From the NCBI GenBank assembly GCA_965204735.1, contig OZ242008.1, positions 2,656,001 to 2,720,000 of the forward strand: a stretch of 64,000 nucleotides of DNA. The letters run 5' to 3'. Positions 8,906 to 18,575 of this stretch are shown one piece after another; position 1 is the first letter of the stretch, and each line of letters starts with the position of its first letter. Below the pieces are notes generated by a model. It was given only the letters and a program-made list of their open reading frames with translations, was not told the DNA's origin and did no database searches. Origin of the DNA: Longimicrobiales bacterium. GTDB lineage: Bacteria; Gemmatimonadota; Gemmatimonadetes; Longimicrobiales; Gaopeijiaceae. A program made the position numbers and the translations under genes.

Positions 8906-10521
8906 CACGCGCCCTCCCTCGGGCGGAGCTGGGCGCCCCCGCCCGTCGTGCCCGGCCCCGGGACCATGCGCGGCTCCGGGAAGCGGTCCGCCGCGGTCCA
9001 TGCGCCTCCCAGCGCCCGGTGAACCGCCAGCCGGGCCAGCGCCAAGTCCCGCCCGGCCCCGGCAAGTTCGGACTCCACGCCCAGCAGGGTCCGATGGGCG
9101 TCCAACCATCCCGCGTAGCCGCCAACTCCCGAGGCGTATCGATCCGCCTGCAAGTCCGCGGACGCCTGCGCCTCCACCATCTGCGCGGCCAGGAAGTCGT
9201 GGCGCCGTTGTTCGTTCCGCAGCGCCGTCAGCGCGGATTCGGCCTCGTGAACCGCCGTGACGACGGCACGCCCGTAGGCGGCGGCCGCCTCCTCGAACCG
9301 GGCCTGGGCCAAGGCGACGTTGCTCCGCAGCCGCCCGCCCTGCAGCAGCGGCGCCGTCAAGTTGGCCAAGAGGTTGCGGAACCACTGGTCCACATCGAAG
9401 AGCCCCCCGGCGTCGGCGGACTGGACGCCGAGCGAACCGGAGAGCGACAACGACGGAAGCAGCTCGGCGCGACGTGCTCCGACCCGGTAGCGAGCAGCCT
9501 CGAGCCGTCGGTAGGCGGCGGCCACGTCCGGGCGCTGCTGCAGCAGCTGGGCGGGCGTGCCGGCGTGGACCGGAAGAGGCGGCGCAGCGGCGCCGGGGAG
9601 CGCAGGCGCGCCCGAGTCCGGGAAGACCGCGGCCAAGTCCTTGCGGTAGCGCCCCAAGAGGACGGCCAAGCGCCCCTCGGAGACGGCGAGGGCCTTCTCC
9701 ACGGCGGACAGCGCAGCTTGGGCGGCGCGCCGGTCCCGCCGGAGCTGGTACACTTCGAGCGAGGTGGCCAAGCCCCGGTCGTAGCGGGTCTCCGCAAGCG
9801 CTTCCCGCTCCGCCAGGACCTCCGACGTTTCGCGAGCCAGGGCGGTCTGCCGCCGGAGCGCCGCGATCTCGAAGTAGGCCGTGATCGTCTCCGCCAGCAC
9901 GCCGATGCGAGCGGTCTCGAAGTCGGCTTCCGTCGCCAGGTGGTCGCTCCCCGCGGCCCTGGCGTTGTTGCGCGCCCGGCCCCAGAAGTCGATCTCGTAG
10001 GAGAAGTCGACGCCCACCGACCACGTGCTGAAGGCGAAGCGGTCCAGGGCCGGCGTCGCAGAGGCCGAGTCTCCTCCCGTTCGGCCCAGCGCAAGCGCTC
10101 GGATCCGGCTTCCCAGCCCGGTGTTGGCCGGGGCGTTCTGGTCGCTGGTGCCGGCCGACAGCTGAACGGCGGGCAGCAGCGCCGCGCGGGCGACCCCGGC
10201 CTGGGCCCGGGCTTGCCGCACCCGGGCCACGGCGGCGGCCAAGTCGAAGTTGGACGCCAGGGCGGTGTCGACCACGGCGTCCAGCACCGGGTCCCGGAAC
10301 GCCGTCCACCACTCCAGCGGCACGTGGGCAAGCGGCGCGCGGGCGGCGAGTTCGGCAGGCGCAAGCTCTGCTCCGGCGTCGCCTGCTTCAAAGGCCGCGG
10401 GCAGCGAGGCCGCGGGCGCCGGCACCTCGGGCTTCGGCGCAAAGGAGCATGCGGCCAGCGCCAGCACCGCAAGCGCCGTCGGCGGGAACGCCGGGCTGGG
10501 AAAGGCGACTTCTTGCGGCAT
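8902..10521 (-). CDS. Outer-membrane efflux lipoprotein (NodT/TolC family)
   Basis: Lipobox LAAC, WWTAFRDPVLDAVV..ALASNFDL, SYEIDFWGR, LLQQRPDV, HRALGGAW. Confidence 0.92.
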   Translation of the reverse strand: MPQEVAFPSPAFPPTALAVLALAACSFAPKPEVPAPAASLPAAFEAGDAGAELAPAELAARAPLAHVPLEWWTAFRDPVLDAVVDTALASNFDLAAAVARVRQARAQAGVARAALLPAVQLSAGTSDQNAPANTGLGSRIRALALGRTGGDSASATPALDRFAFSTWSVGVDFSYEIDFWGRARNNARAAGSDHLATEADFETARIGVLAETITAYFEIAALRRQTALARETSEVLAEREALAETRYDRGLATSLEVYQLRRDRRAAQAALSAVEKALAVSEGRLAVLLGRYRKDLAAVFPDSGAPALPGAAAPPLPVHAGTPAQLLQQRPDVAAAYRRLEAARYRVGARRAELLPSLSLSGSLGVQSADAGGLFDVDQWFRNLLANLTAPLLQGGRLRSNVALAQARFEEAAAAYGRAVVTAVHEAESALTALRNEQRRHDFLAAQMVEAQASADLQADRYASGVGGYAGWLDAHRTLLGVESELAGAGRDLALARLAVHRALGGAWTAADRFPEPRMVPGPGTTGGGAQLRPREGAW

Positions 10522-10527
10522 ATTCCT

Positions 10528-11880
10528 CTAGGCCGACGCCGGCCGGGCCGGGGCGCGAGCCGTCCGCGCGGCCCCTGCCGCCAGCTCCTGCATGTCGCTC
10601 CCCGCCGGGGTCTGGAAGACCCGCAGGGCGAAGTCCGGCAACACTGCGATCAGGTGGTCGAAGATGTCGCCTTGCAGGGACTCGTAGCTGGCCCATGCCG
10701 TGTCGGCGGCGAAGCAGTACACCTCGATTGCCACGCCCTGGGGTCCCGGAGCCAGCTGCCGCACGAGGAGCGTCATCTCGTCGTGGATGCCGGGGTGCGT
10801 CTCCAGGTAGCGCAGCACATAGGCGCGGAAGGTTCCCAGGTTGGTGAGTCGGCGGAGTTCGGGCCGGGTTTCCGAGCGAACCGCTTCCGCCTCCGGTTTC
10901 CCGGCAACGGCCTCGGCGACGGCCGACCTTGCCGCGTCGGTCTTGGCGGCGTTGTGGCGGCCGATCTCGTCGCGCTTGCGCCGCATGTAGTCCCGCAACC
11001 CCTCTCGCCTGGACAGCGCCTGCACCTCTTCGTCGGTCAGGAAACGCACAGAGTTCATGTCGATGCTCAAGGAGCGCTTGATCCTCCGACCGCCCGACTC
11101 CGACATCCCCCGCCAGTTCTTGAAGGACTCGCTGATGAACTTGTGCGTCGGAATCGTGGAAATGGTCTTGTCCCAGTTCTGGACCTTGACCGTGTGCAGG
11201 GCGATGTCGATCACGTCGCCGTCGGCGTTGGCCTGGGGCATCGACACCCAGTCGCCGATCCGAATCATGTCGTTGGACATGATCTGGACGCTGGCGACCA
11301 GCGACAGGATCGTGTCCTTGAAGACGAGCATCAGCACCGCCGCCAAGGCCCCCAGCCCCGAGAGGAAGACCAGGGGCGAACGGTTCAGGAGCACCGCTGC
11401 CGCCACGATCCCCGCCGCGATGTACGCAAGCAGGCTGAGCACCTGCAGATAGCCCTTGACCGGCCGGGACTTGGCGTCGGCGTAGGATTGGTTGTAGATG
11501 TCGTTGACGGCGTCCAGGAACCCCTTGAACGCCCGCGCCAGCGCAACCACCACGTACGCCGCCGACACCCGTCGCGCGAGCGTCCACAGCGCCGCCGCCG
11601 CGCCCTCGGCGGGAACCAGCCCCACGTCCGGCAAGGTCAGGGCGGGACCGATCCCGTAGTAGACGATCAGCGCCGGCGCCACGCGGGCGACCCGCGTGAA
11701 GACCCGTCGCTCGATCAGCCGGTCGTCCCACGTGGACCGGGTGCGCTCGGCAATGCGTCGGGCGGCGCCGTTCATGAGCCGGGCCGCCGTTCGGCCGGCG
11801 ATCCACGCGATCAGGGCCAGGCCGGCGAGGGCGCCCATCGCCCAAGGCCAGTTCTCGGGAACGGCGGGAATCTGAAGCAT
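10528..11880 (-). CDS. Mechanosensitive channel, MscS family (YbdG-like)
   Basis: GLGALAAVLMLVFKDTILSLVAS, IRIGDW, DIALHTVKVQNWDKTI, KNWRGMSESGGRRIKRS. Confidence 0.92.
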   Translation of the reverse strand: MLQIPAVPENWPWAMGALAGLALIAWIAGRTAARLMNGAARRIAERTRSTWDDRLIERRVFTRVARVAPALIVYYGIGPALTLPDVGLVPAEGAAAALWTLARRVSAAYVVVALARAFKGFLDAVNDIYNQSYADAKSRPVKGYLQVLSLLAYIAAGIVAAAVLLNRSPLVFLSGLGALAAVLMLVFKDTILSLVASVQIMSNDMIRIGDWVSMPQANADGDVIDIALHTVKVQNWDKTISTIPTHKFISESFKNWRGMSESGGRRIKRSLSIDMNSVRFLTDEEVQALSRREGLRDYMRRKRDEIGRHNAAKTDAARSAVAEAVAGKPEAEAVRSETRPELRRLTNLGTFRAYVLRYLETHPGIHDEMTLLVRQLAPGPQGVAIEVYCFAADTAWASYESLQGDIFDHLIAVLPDFALRVFQTPAGSDMQELAAGAARTARAPARPASA

Positions 11881-11895
11881 GGCGGCCGCCCTTCG

Positions 11896-13122
11896 CTAGC
11901 GGGACTCGCCCAGCTCTTCGGCCAGAAGGTCCAGCGCCAAGTCGACGATCTCGACCAAGTGGGGGTGCGCCCGGTTGCCGTTGGTGAGGAGCGCGACGCC
12001 GAAGCCCCGAGTCCTGTTGCCGGAAGCGAACGCGGTGTAGCCCGGCACGCTCCCGGAGTGGGCGAAGAAGCGCTCGCCGGCGCGCTCGGACACCCACCAG
12101 GTGAGGCCGTACCCCGGGTTGTCGTGGCCCCATCCGCCGCCCATCGGCTCGCCCGCGAACTGCTCGTACTGGAGCGTGTGCATCTCGTCCAAGGTCTCCG
12201 GCTCCAGCAGCCTGCCGTCGCCCCAGGCCCCGTCGCCCAAGTTGAAGCGGACCCAGGCGGCTTGGTCGTGGACGGTTCCGTAGACGATTCCCGCCGGCCA
12301 GACGTTGGCCTTCAGCCGAACCGCGGGCGCGTTGCGGCCGGTGTCTTCGTCGGGCACGTAGGGGAAGGCCAGGCGCTCGGCCATTGCGGGCGTCGGGTCG
12401 AAGGCGGTGGAGGTCATGCCCAGCGGTCCCCACACGCTGTCGCGGACGTACTCCTTGTAGGGCCTGCCCGAGAACTTCTCGACCAAGCGCCCGACCAGCG
12501 AGTAGGCCATGTTGGAGTAGACCACGCCCTCCAGCGGAGGCGACTCCACCCGCAGGGAGTCTCGCAGGTAGGCGTCCAGCGAGAGGGGCGACGTGTCTCC
12601 CCACACCGCGTGGGGGCCGAAGTCCACGGGCATCCCGGAGGTGTGGGTCAGAAGGTGGCGGAAACGGACGGGATCGTTCGGATCCTCGCCGCGAACGACC
12701 AGGTCTTCCAGGTGGTCGCGCACCGGGTCGTCCAGGCCGAACTTGCCCTGCTCCATCTGCTGCAGGAGGGCGACGGTGGACTGGGCCTTGAAGGTGGAGC
12801 CGATCAGGTAGACGGTCTGGGTGGTGGCCGGCGTGCGCGCCCACAGGTTCGACTGGCCGAAGGCGGCGCTCCAGAGCTCGCCCTGGCGGTCCGTGAGGGC
12901 CACGGCCACCGACGGGATGCGGCCCTCCACCATGGCGCGGCGTATCTCGGGGGCAAGGCGGGCGGCCACGGCCTGGACCCCGGCTTGGGGCGCCGGGGCC
13001 CCCTGGCCTGCGAGGGCTGCGTCTGCGGACGCTGCCGGGGCCGCCAGCGACGAGGCGGCCAGGGCGACGGAGAGAGTCGATCGGCCCCGCGGAGCAAGGG
13101 CAGGCCAACTGAAGCGAAGCAT
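11896..13122 (-). CDS. Secreted serine hydrolase, beta-lactamase class C-like family
   Basis: SxxK (GSTFK), RHLLTHTSG, YSN, HSG. Signal-peptide-like N-terminus; ATG at 13122 inferred. Confidence 0.87.
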   Translation of the reverse strand: MLRFSWPALAPRGRSTLSVALAASSLAAPAASADAALAGQGAPAPQAGVQAVAARLAPEIRRAMVEGRIPSVAVALTDRQGELWSAAFGQSNLWARTPATTQTVYLIGSTFKAQSTVALLQQMEQGKFGLDDPVRDHLEDLVVRGEDPNDPVRFRHLLTHTSGMPVDFGPHAVWGDTSPLSLDAYLRDSLRVESPPLEGVVYSNMAYSLVGRLVEKFSGRPYKEYVRDSVWGPLGMTSTAFDPTPAMAERLAFPYVPDEDTGRNAPAVRLKANVWPAGIVYGTVHDQAAWVRFNLGDGAWGDGRLLEPETLDEMHTLQYEQFAGEPMGGGWGHDNPGYGLTWWVSERAGERFFAHSGSVPGYTAFASGNRTRGFGVALLTNGNRAHPHLVEIVDLALDLLAEELGESR

Positions 13123-13412
13123 GGGAACCCTCGTTCCGGGGCAAGGTGGCGACGGACCGGCGGAAAGGCGGCGGACCACGTTGCGACAATCGAACGCCAG
13201 TTGCCTCCGGTCAAGGGGACAGGACGTCTCTTCGCCGGCGCGCCTCTTGCAGGTTCTTGCTGGCGGAGGCGTCGGCAATCGGAACCGGAGGGAGGCAGCC
13301 GAGGCTGCGCCGAGGGTTGCGCGTCGGCCCGGCAGTCGGTTTAGTAGTGTCGTGGGAATCGACGCCGACACTGCTCATCGCCTCATCATCACGCGAACAC
13401 GCCGAGCCGCCC

Positions 13413-13838
13413 GTGATCAAGCCCGCCTTCCCGCCGCCCGGCCGACGCCCGCCCGTCGTCTCCGACCGGATGCGGATCAGCGTCGAGCCCGCGTACTCCC
13501 ACGGCCACTCCGCGCCACCGGACCGCCACGTGTTCGCCTACTTCGTGCGGATCGAGAACGTGGGCAATCAGCCCGCCCAGCTCTACTGGCGCCACTGGAA
13601 GATCCACGACCCGGTGGCCGGCGACCAGGAAGTGGAGGGCGAAGGCGTGGTGGGCGAGTCCCCCATGCTGGAGCCCGGCGACGTGCACGAGTACTGCAGC
13701 TACTGCATTCTGGAGAGCCGCAACGGCCACATGGAAGGGTTCTACCACTTCCGAGAGAGGGACGGAACGGCGTTTCGCGCCGAGATCCCCCGGTTCTTCC
13801 TGCAGGTTCCCCTGGGCGCCGGGGGACCTGTGGCCTGA
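13413..13838 (+). CDS. apaG: ApaG domain protein
   Basis: VFAYFVRIEN, QLYWRHWKI, EVEGEGVVGESP, GHMEGFY, AEIPRF. Start inferred. Confidence 0.9.
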   Translation: MIKPAFPPPGRRPPVVSDRMRISVEPAYSHGHSAPPDRHVFAYFVRIENVGNQPAQLYWRHWKIHDPVAGDQEVEGEGVVGESPMLEPGDVHEYCSYCILESRNGHMEGFYHFRERDGTAFRAEIPRFFLQVPLGAGGPVA

Positions 13839-13874
13839 TCCGGCCGGGCTCGTCCGACGGCGCCGGCGCCGGCC

Positions 13875-14429
13875 TCAGCGAATGCGTCGGTAGATTGCGT
13901 GGCTCACGCTCTCGGTGCCGTCCGCCAGCGTGCGCCGGTACTCGTTGTCGATCGTGTTCCCGTCCTCCGAGAGCACGTTGACGATGACTTGGCCGACCTC
14001 GCCGTTGCGCCGGTTCAGGATCCGGTTGGTGCGCTCGTCCACCACTTCCACCGCACTCTCGGCGTTCTCCTGGCCCGCGACCGGACGGAAGACGCCGTCG
14101 AAGAGCGTCGTGTAGCTCCACTCCGACTCCTCGCCCTCGGCGTTGGTGGTGGCCACCGTGATCTTCATGCCGCCGTCGCCCCAGGGCTCGTAGGTCATGA
14201 CGTTCTTGTACGGCGGCGGCCGGTCGGATTCCAGCTGCCAGACGCCGAAGCGGGGGTTCGAAGCGGCCTCGGCGTCGGCCCCGGCGCCAGCGGGCGTCTC
14301 CAGGGCGTCGGATTCGAGGGCCGGCTCCTCGCCGCCGTCCGACGGGCCGCAGGCGACGGACGCGAGGGCGAACGAGGCGAAGGCGAAGAGGGAAGCGACG
14401 GGGTTGCGACGGCTGGAAACGTTCATCAT
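13875..14429 (-). CDS. Hypothetical lipoprotein
   Basis: Hydrophobic N-terminus ending SVAC; beta-rich body (FGVWQL...AIYRRIR). Confidence 0.65.
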   Translation of the reverse strand: MMNVSSRRNPVASLFAFASFALASVACGPSDGGEEPALESDALETPAGAGADAEAASNPRFGVWQLESDRPPPYKNVMTYEPWGDGGMKITVATTNAEGEESEWSYTTLFDGVFRPVAGQENAESAVEVVDERTNRILNRRNGEVGQVIVNVLSEDGNTIDNEYRRTLADGTESVSHAIYRRIR

Positions 14430-14644
14430 GGCTGACCGGCGGTTCGGGGACCTTTGGGGCATGGGGGATCGGCAGTGGTATGCCGCCGCCCATCGAACGG
14501 AGCATTCTACGCCTCCCAATATAGTGTGCGCGTCAGTCGTCGGCTTCGGCGGTTCCGCTACGCCCACGTGCTGGCCGGCACTTGTCCCGACTATTTGGCC
14601 GGCACTATGAAGAATGGTCGCGACTTCGCTACCCGCCCTTCCGT

Positions 14645-16988
14645 CAGGAGGTCCTGGAATGACGCGCTTCAATCGGAGAAACGGACGGGCGGCACTCGGG
14701 ACCCGGCGGATTCCGGCCTCTCGCAGGCTGTTCGCCGTGCCGGCCGTCGTCGCGACCGTCCTCTGGGCGGCGTCGCCCGGCACCGCGACGCAGGAAGCCC
14801 CCGACGCGACGGTCCTGGAACCGTGCCGGGCACGCTGCGGCATCGCCCTCGTGCCCGACGGCGAAGACTCGGGCGACGGGATGATCGAGACGACGAGGGC
14901 AGCGTCGTGGAAGGACGCCTCCGGCCGCCTCTACGTGGTTGGCGTTCCGGCCACTCATCTTCTGGTGTTCGGTCCCGACGGAAGCTTCCTGGGGCGAGTC
15001 GGTCGCGAAGGAGACGGCCCTGGAGAGTTCAGGGACGTGAGTTCCGTCGTACTGATCGACGACGGCGTCTTCTCTGTCCTGGATATGCGCACGGGGCGCA
15101 TCCAAACCTTCGACTGGACCGGGAAGCTGCTACGGGGGGTCCAACCCCAGAACTGGAGTCCAAGGGGCGTCTACACAGTCCACGTCGACGGCGCCTTGGC
15201 CGTCCATGTCGCCGACATCCGATCGCCGGCTCAGGTGGGCTATCCGCTGCATTTGGTCGATCTCGACAGCGGCACGATCCTCGAGTCCTTCGGCTCCCTG
15301 ACGGGAGAGCTTCCCTTGGGAGGCCACCTCGAGCAGCGCACGATAGCCCCCGGGCCGGGACGCGCGGTCTGGACGGTCCGCCACTACACCGCTTACGAGA
15401 TTGAACTGTGGGAGCCGAACACCTTGCTCCGCACCTTGCGGCGCGACGCCGAGTGGTTCCCGCCCGTTTCTATCGACCAAGTGGGTGGTCACGACGACCG
15501 GCCGAGTCCGACCGTAGGCGAGATCGCGGCCGACGATTCGCTGCTCTGGGTCCTGGTCTACACGGCGGATGACCGGTGGGCGGAGGCAAACGGGTTCCAG
15601 AACCCCGACCTGCGTTACGACACGACGGTCGAGGTCATCGACTGGCGTCGCGGACGGATCGTCGCCAGCCAACGCTTCGACGACTACTACCTGGCTTGGC
15701 CGGAGCCGGGCCTGACCGGCAGGGTGGCCGTCAAGCCGGACGGCTCCGTGCGCTATGTGACTTATCGGGTCGAATTGGAGCGCGTGCGGCCGCGGCCGCG
15801 CCGGCCGAGATTGCTGCCCGGTCGAACGCCTTTCCACATCCAGGAGGTCCTGGAATGACGCGCTTCAATCGGAGAAACGGACGGGCGGCACTCGGGACCT
15901 GGCGGCGTCCGGCCTCTCGCAGGCTTTTCGCCCTGCCGGCCGTCGTCGCGACCGGCATCTGGGCGGCGTCCCCCGGCGTTGCGACGCAGGAAGCCCCCGA
16001 CGCGACGGTCCTGGAACCGTGCCGGGCACGCTGCGGCATCGCCCTCGTGCCCGACGGCGAGTACGGCGAAGACTCGGGCGACGGGATGATCGAGACGACG
16101 ATGGCAAGATCGTGGAAGGACGCCTCCGGACGCCTCTATCTGGTGGGCATGTCGTCCAACCACATTCTGGTGTTCGGTCCCGACGGGAGCTTCCTGGGAC
16201 GAGTCGGCCGCGAAGGAGCCGGCCCCGGAGAGTTCGAGATCCTGGGCTCCTTGGCGTTGATCGAAGACGGCATCTTCTCCGTCACGGACCAGGGGCTGGG
16301 ACGCATCCAGACCTTCGACTGGACCGGGAAGCTGCTGCGGGGAGTCCAGCCCCAAGGTTGGCAACCGATCGGGAGCTATACGGTCCACGTCGGCGGCTCC
16401 TTGGCCGTCCACGCCGCCGACATCCGGTCGCCTGCTCAGGTGGGATACCCGCTGCACTTGATCGATCTCGACAAAGGCACGGTCGTCGAGTCCTTCGGGT
16501 CCCTGACCGGCGAACTTCCCTTGGGAGGCCACGTCGAGCCGCGCACAATCGCTCCCGGACCTGGGCGCGCGGTCTGGGCGGCCCGTCACTTCACTGCCTA
16601 CGAGTTCGAGCTCTGGGAGCCGAACACGTTGCTTCGCACCTTGCGCCGCGACGCCGAGTGGTTCCCGTCCATATCGATCGACGAAGTGGGCGCTCACGGC
16701 CGAAGACCGACCCCTACCGTCGGCCAGATCGCGGCCGACGACTCGCTGCTCTGGGCGGTCGTCTTCACGGCGGGCGACCGATGGGCAGAGGCGGACGAGC
16801 ACCGGGACCCCGACCTGCGTTACGACACGACGGTCGAGGTCATCGACTGGCGGCGCGGGCGGATCGTGGCCAGCCAACGCTTCAACGGCTTCTACGGCGG
16901 CTGGCCAGAGCCGGGACTGACCGGCCGGGTGGTCGTCAAGCCGGACGGCTCCGTGCGCTACGTGACTTATCGGGTCGAGCTGGAGCGC
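14645..16988 (+). repeat. Gene-scale tandem duplication (two ~1.15-kb units)
   Basis: caggaggtcctggaatgacgcgcttcaatcggagaaacgg occurs at 14645 and 15841; the units are colinear to the 3' ends. Confidence 0.9.
14659..15858 (+). CDS. Secreted 6-bladed beta-propeller (NHL-like) protein, copy 1
   Basis: AGGAGG RBS, signal peptide, VFGPDGSFLGRVGREGDGPGEF blade motif. Paralog of the next gene. Confidence 0.8.
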   Translation: MTRFNRRNGRAALGTRRIPASRRLFAVPAVVATVLWAASPGTATQEAPDATVLEPCRARCGIALVPDGEDSGDGMIETTRAASWKDASGRLYVVGVPATHLLVFGPDGSFLGRVGREGDGPGEFRDVSSVVLIDDGVFSVLDMRTGRIQTFDWTGKLLRGVQPQNWSPRGVYTVHVDGALAVHVADIRSPAQVGYPLHLVDLDSGTILESFGSLTGELPLGGHLEQRTIAPGPGRAVWTVRHYTAYEIELWEPNTLLRTLRRDAEWFPPVSIDQVGGHDDRPSPTVGEIAADDSLLWVLVYTADDRWAEANGFQNPDLRYDTTVEVIDWRRGRIVASQRFDDYYLAWPEPGLTGRVAVKPDGSVRYVTYRVELERVRPRPRRPRLLPGRTPFHIQEVLE

Positions 16989-17000
16989 CACGGTCGTTGA
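15855..17000 (+). CDS. Secreted 6-bladed beta-propeller (NHL-like) protein, copy 2
   Basis: Same RBS and start as copy 1; VFGPDGSFLGRVGREGAGPGEF; ATGA overlap with copy 1. Confidence 0.8.
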   Translation: MTRFNRRNGRAALGTWRRPASRRLFALPAVVATGIWAASPGVATQEAPDATVLEPCRARCGIALVPDGEYGEDSGDGMIETTMARSWKDASGRLYLVGMSSNHILVFGPDGSFLGRVGREGAGPGEFEILGSLALIEDGIFSVTDQGLGRIQTFDWTGKLLRGVQPQGWQPIGSYTVHVGGSLAVHAADIRSPAQVGYPLHLIDLDKGTVVESFGSLTGELPLGGHVEPRTIAPGPGRAVWAARHFTAYEFELWEPNTLLRTLRRDAEWFPSISIDEVGAHGRRPTPTVGQIAADDSLLWAVVFTAGDRWAEADEHRDPDLRYDTTVEVIDWRRGRIVASQRFNGFYGGWPEPGLTGRVVVKPDGSVRYVTYRVELERHGR

Positions 17001-17117
17001 GGCCCCGACCTCGGACGGTCGGCCGGAAACCGCTTGTCCTGGAGCGGCGTAAGGGAGGCTCGTCGTGGCCGCTGCCACCGGCCCCCCGCTCCAAACTCCG
17101 CTGACGGGCGAGGCGTC

Positions 17118-18575
17118 ATGTCCCGGCTCTCTTCTCGCGACACCCCCGCCTGCCCCGCCCGCGCTCCCGCGACCGCCCCTTCGGCGCTGGTCGCGCTTGC
17201 GGCGGCGATCCTGCTCGTCGCCGCGACCGCGCTCGCCGGCCCGACGTCGGCCCAGGACGAGGACCGCATCTGGGGCCGCGTCGTGACCGTTTCCGGCGAC
17301 CGCTACGAAGGATTCCTCCAGTGGCGCGGGCGCGAGGCCAACGACGCCGCGAGCTGGGTCGACTTCTTCGAAGGAAGGGCGGCGGCGATCTCCCAGCACT
17401 ACGAGGACTGGCTGGCAGCGACGGAGACGAGCCGGCCCGTTCGGACGATCGAGGCGCGGGGCTGGCGGGTCTCGTGGAACGAGGAGCACCCGGACTTCCC
17501 TTTTCGGGCTCCCACGCCGATCCGCTTCGGGCGGCTGGCGTCCGTGACGGTCCTGGAAGACGGCGGCGTCGCCCTGGAGCTGCGCCCCGACGGCGGCGAC
17601 TCGGAAGTGCGCGCCAACGCCGACGAGCACGATCTGTCGGGCGCGCGCCGGGGGCGTTCGGGCGTTCGGGCGCCTCCTTCGCCGCGAGGAGAGACGCTGG
17701 GGGTCGCCAGGCCGCACCGGAACCGCTTGGCTCTCGTCGTGGAGGAGCCCGGGGGCGACCGCCGCCGCTTGGCGTGGGGCGAGATCGAGCGCGTGGAGTT
17801 CGCCGCTCCTCCGACGGGGGCGCGGCCCGAGGCGTCGCGCCTCCACGGCACCGTCGAGGACCGCTTCGGGCGCGCCTTCACTGGCTACGTGGCGTGGGAC
17901 TCGGACGAGGTGCTGGGGGACGAGGTGCTGGACGGGCGGGACCAGGACGGAAAGAACCGGGACATCGCCTTCGCGGAGATCGCGTCGATCGAGCGAAGCC
18001 TGGGCGGGGCGCGAGTGGTCCTGAAGTCGGGCGAAGCGCTGGAGATGCACGGGACCAACGACGTGGACGACGGGAACCGAGGGGTGCGGGTCTTCGATCC
18101 CTCGATCGGGATGGTCGAGGTCGAGTGGGACGAGTTCGGCGTTCTGCGCCTCCACCCTCCCGCCGACGGCCACGCGGAGTACGGTTCGTTTCCGGGGAGC
18201 CGGGCGCTGGTCGGCACGATCGCCACCCAGGACGGCGAGAAGATCGCGGGGCGGATCCGTTGGGACGGGGAGCACGAGTGGTCGTGGGAGGTGTTCGAGG
18301 GGCGGTCCGACGAGGTCAAGTTCGCCATCGAGTTCGGACGGATCGAGCGGATCGAGCGGATCGAGCGGGGCGAGCAGGGCCAAGAGGCAGGCGCCCGCGT
18401 GACCCTCGTGGACGGACGGAGCTTCCGGATGTCCGAATCGCCGGACCTGGAGGAAGGCCGAGGGATCTTCGTGTTCCCCGACAGCGACCCGAGCACGCCG
18501 TGGCGCTACGTCTCGTGGGAGGAGTTCCGGGAAGCGCGCTTCTGGGGCGCGGCCGAAGAGGGGAACGGCTCGTGA
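17118..18575 (+). CDS. Secreted hypothetical protein with three internal repeat modules
   Basis: Signal peptide; GRVVTVSGDRYEGFLQW / GTVEDRFGRAFTGYVAWD / GTIATQDGEKIAGRIRWD. Confidence 0.7.
   Translation: MSRLSSRDTPACPARAPATAPSALVALAAAILLVAATALAGPTSAQDEDRIWGRVVTVSGDRYEGFLQWRGREANDAASWVDFFEGRAAAISQHYEDWLAATETSRPVRTIEARGWRVSWNEEHPDFPFRAPTPIRFGRLASVTVLEDGGVALELRPDGGDSEVRANADEHDLSGARRGRSGVRAPPSPRGETLGVARPHRNRLALVVEEPGGDRRRLAWGEIERVEFAAPPTGARPEASRLHGTVEDRFGRAFTGYVAWDSDEVLGDEVLDGRDQDGKNRDIAFAEIASIERSLGGARVVLKSGEALEMHGTNDVDDGNRGVRVFDPSIGMVEVEWDEFGVLRLHPPADGHAEYGSFPGSRALVGTIATQDGEKIAGRIRWDGEHEWSWEVFEGRSDEVKFAIEFGRIERIERIERGEQGQEAGARVTLVDGRSFRMSESPDLEEGRGIFVFPDSDPSTPWRYVSWEEFREARFWGAAEEGNGS

Noticed and set aside
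8803..13344. 1513-aa plus-strand ORF, and similar giants at 4569-8096, 50917-54966 and 34879-38256
   Set aside because: They lie antisense to well-supported genes and have no motifs; long stop-free shadows are expected at this GC content.
14645..17000. Diversity-generating retroelement (TR/VR) explanation for the paralogue variation
   Set aside because: No reverse transcriptase in the window; differences are not adenine-specific and span the whole gene.
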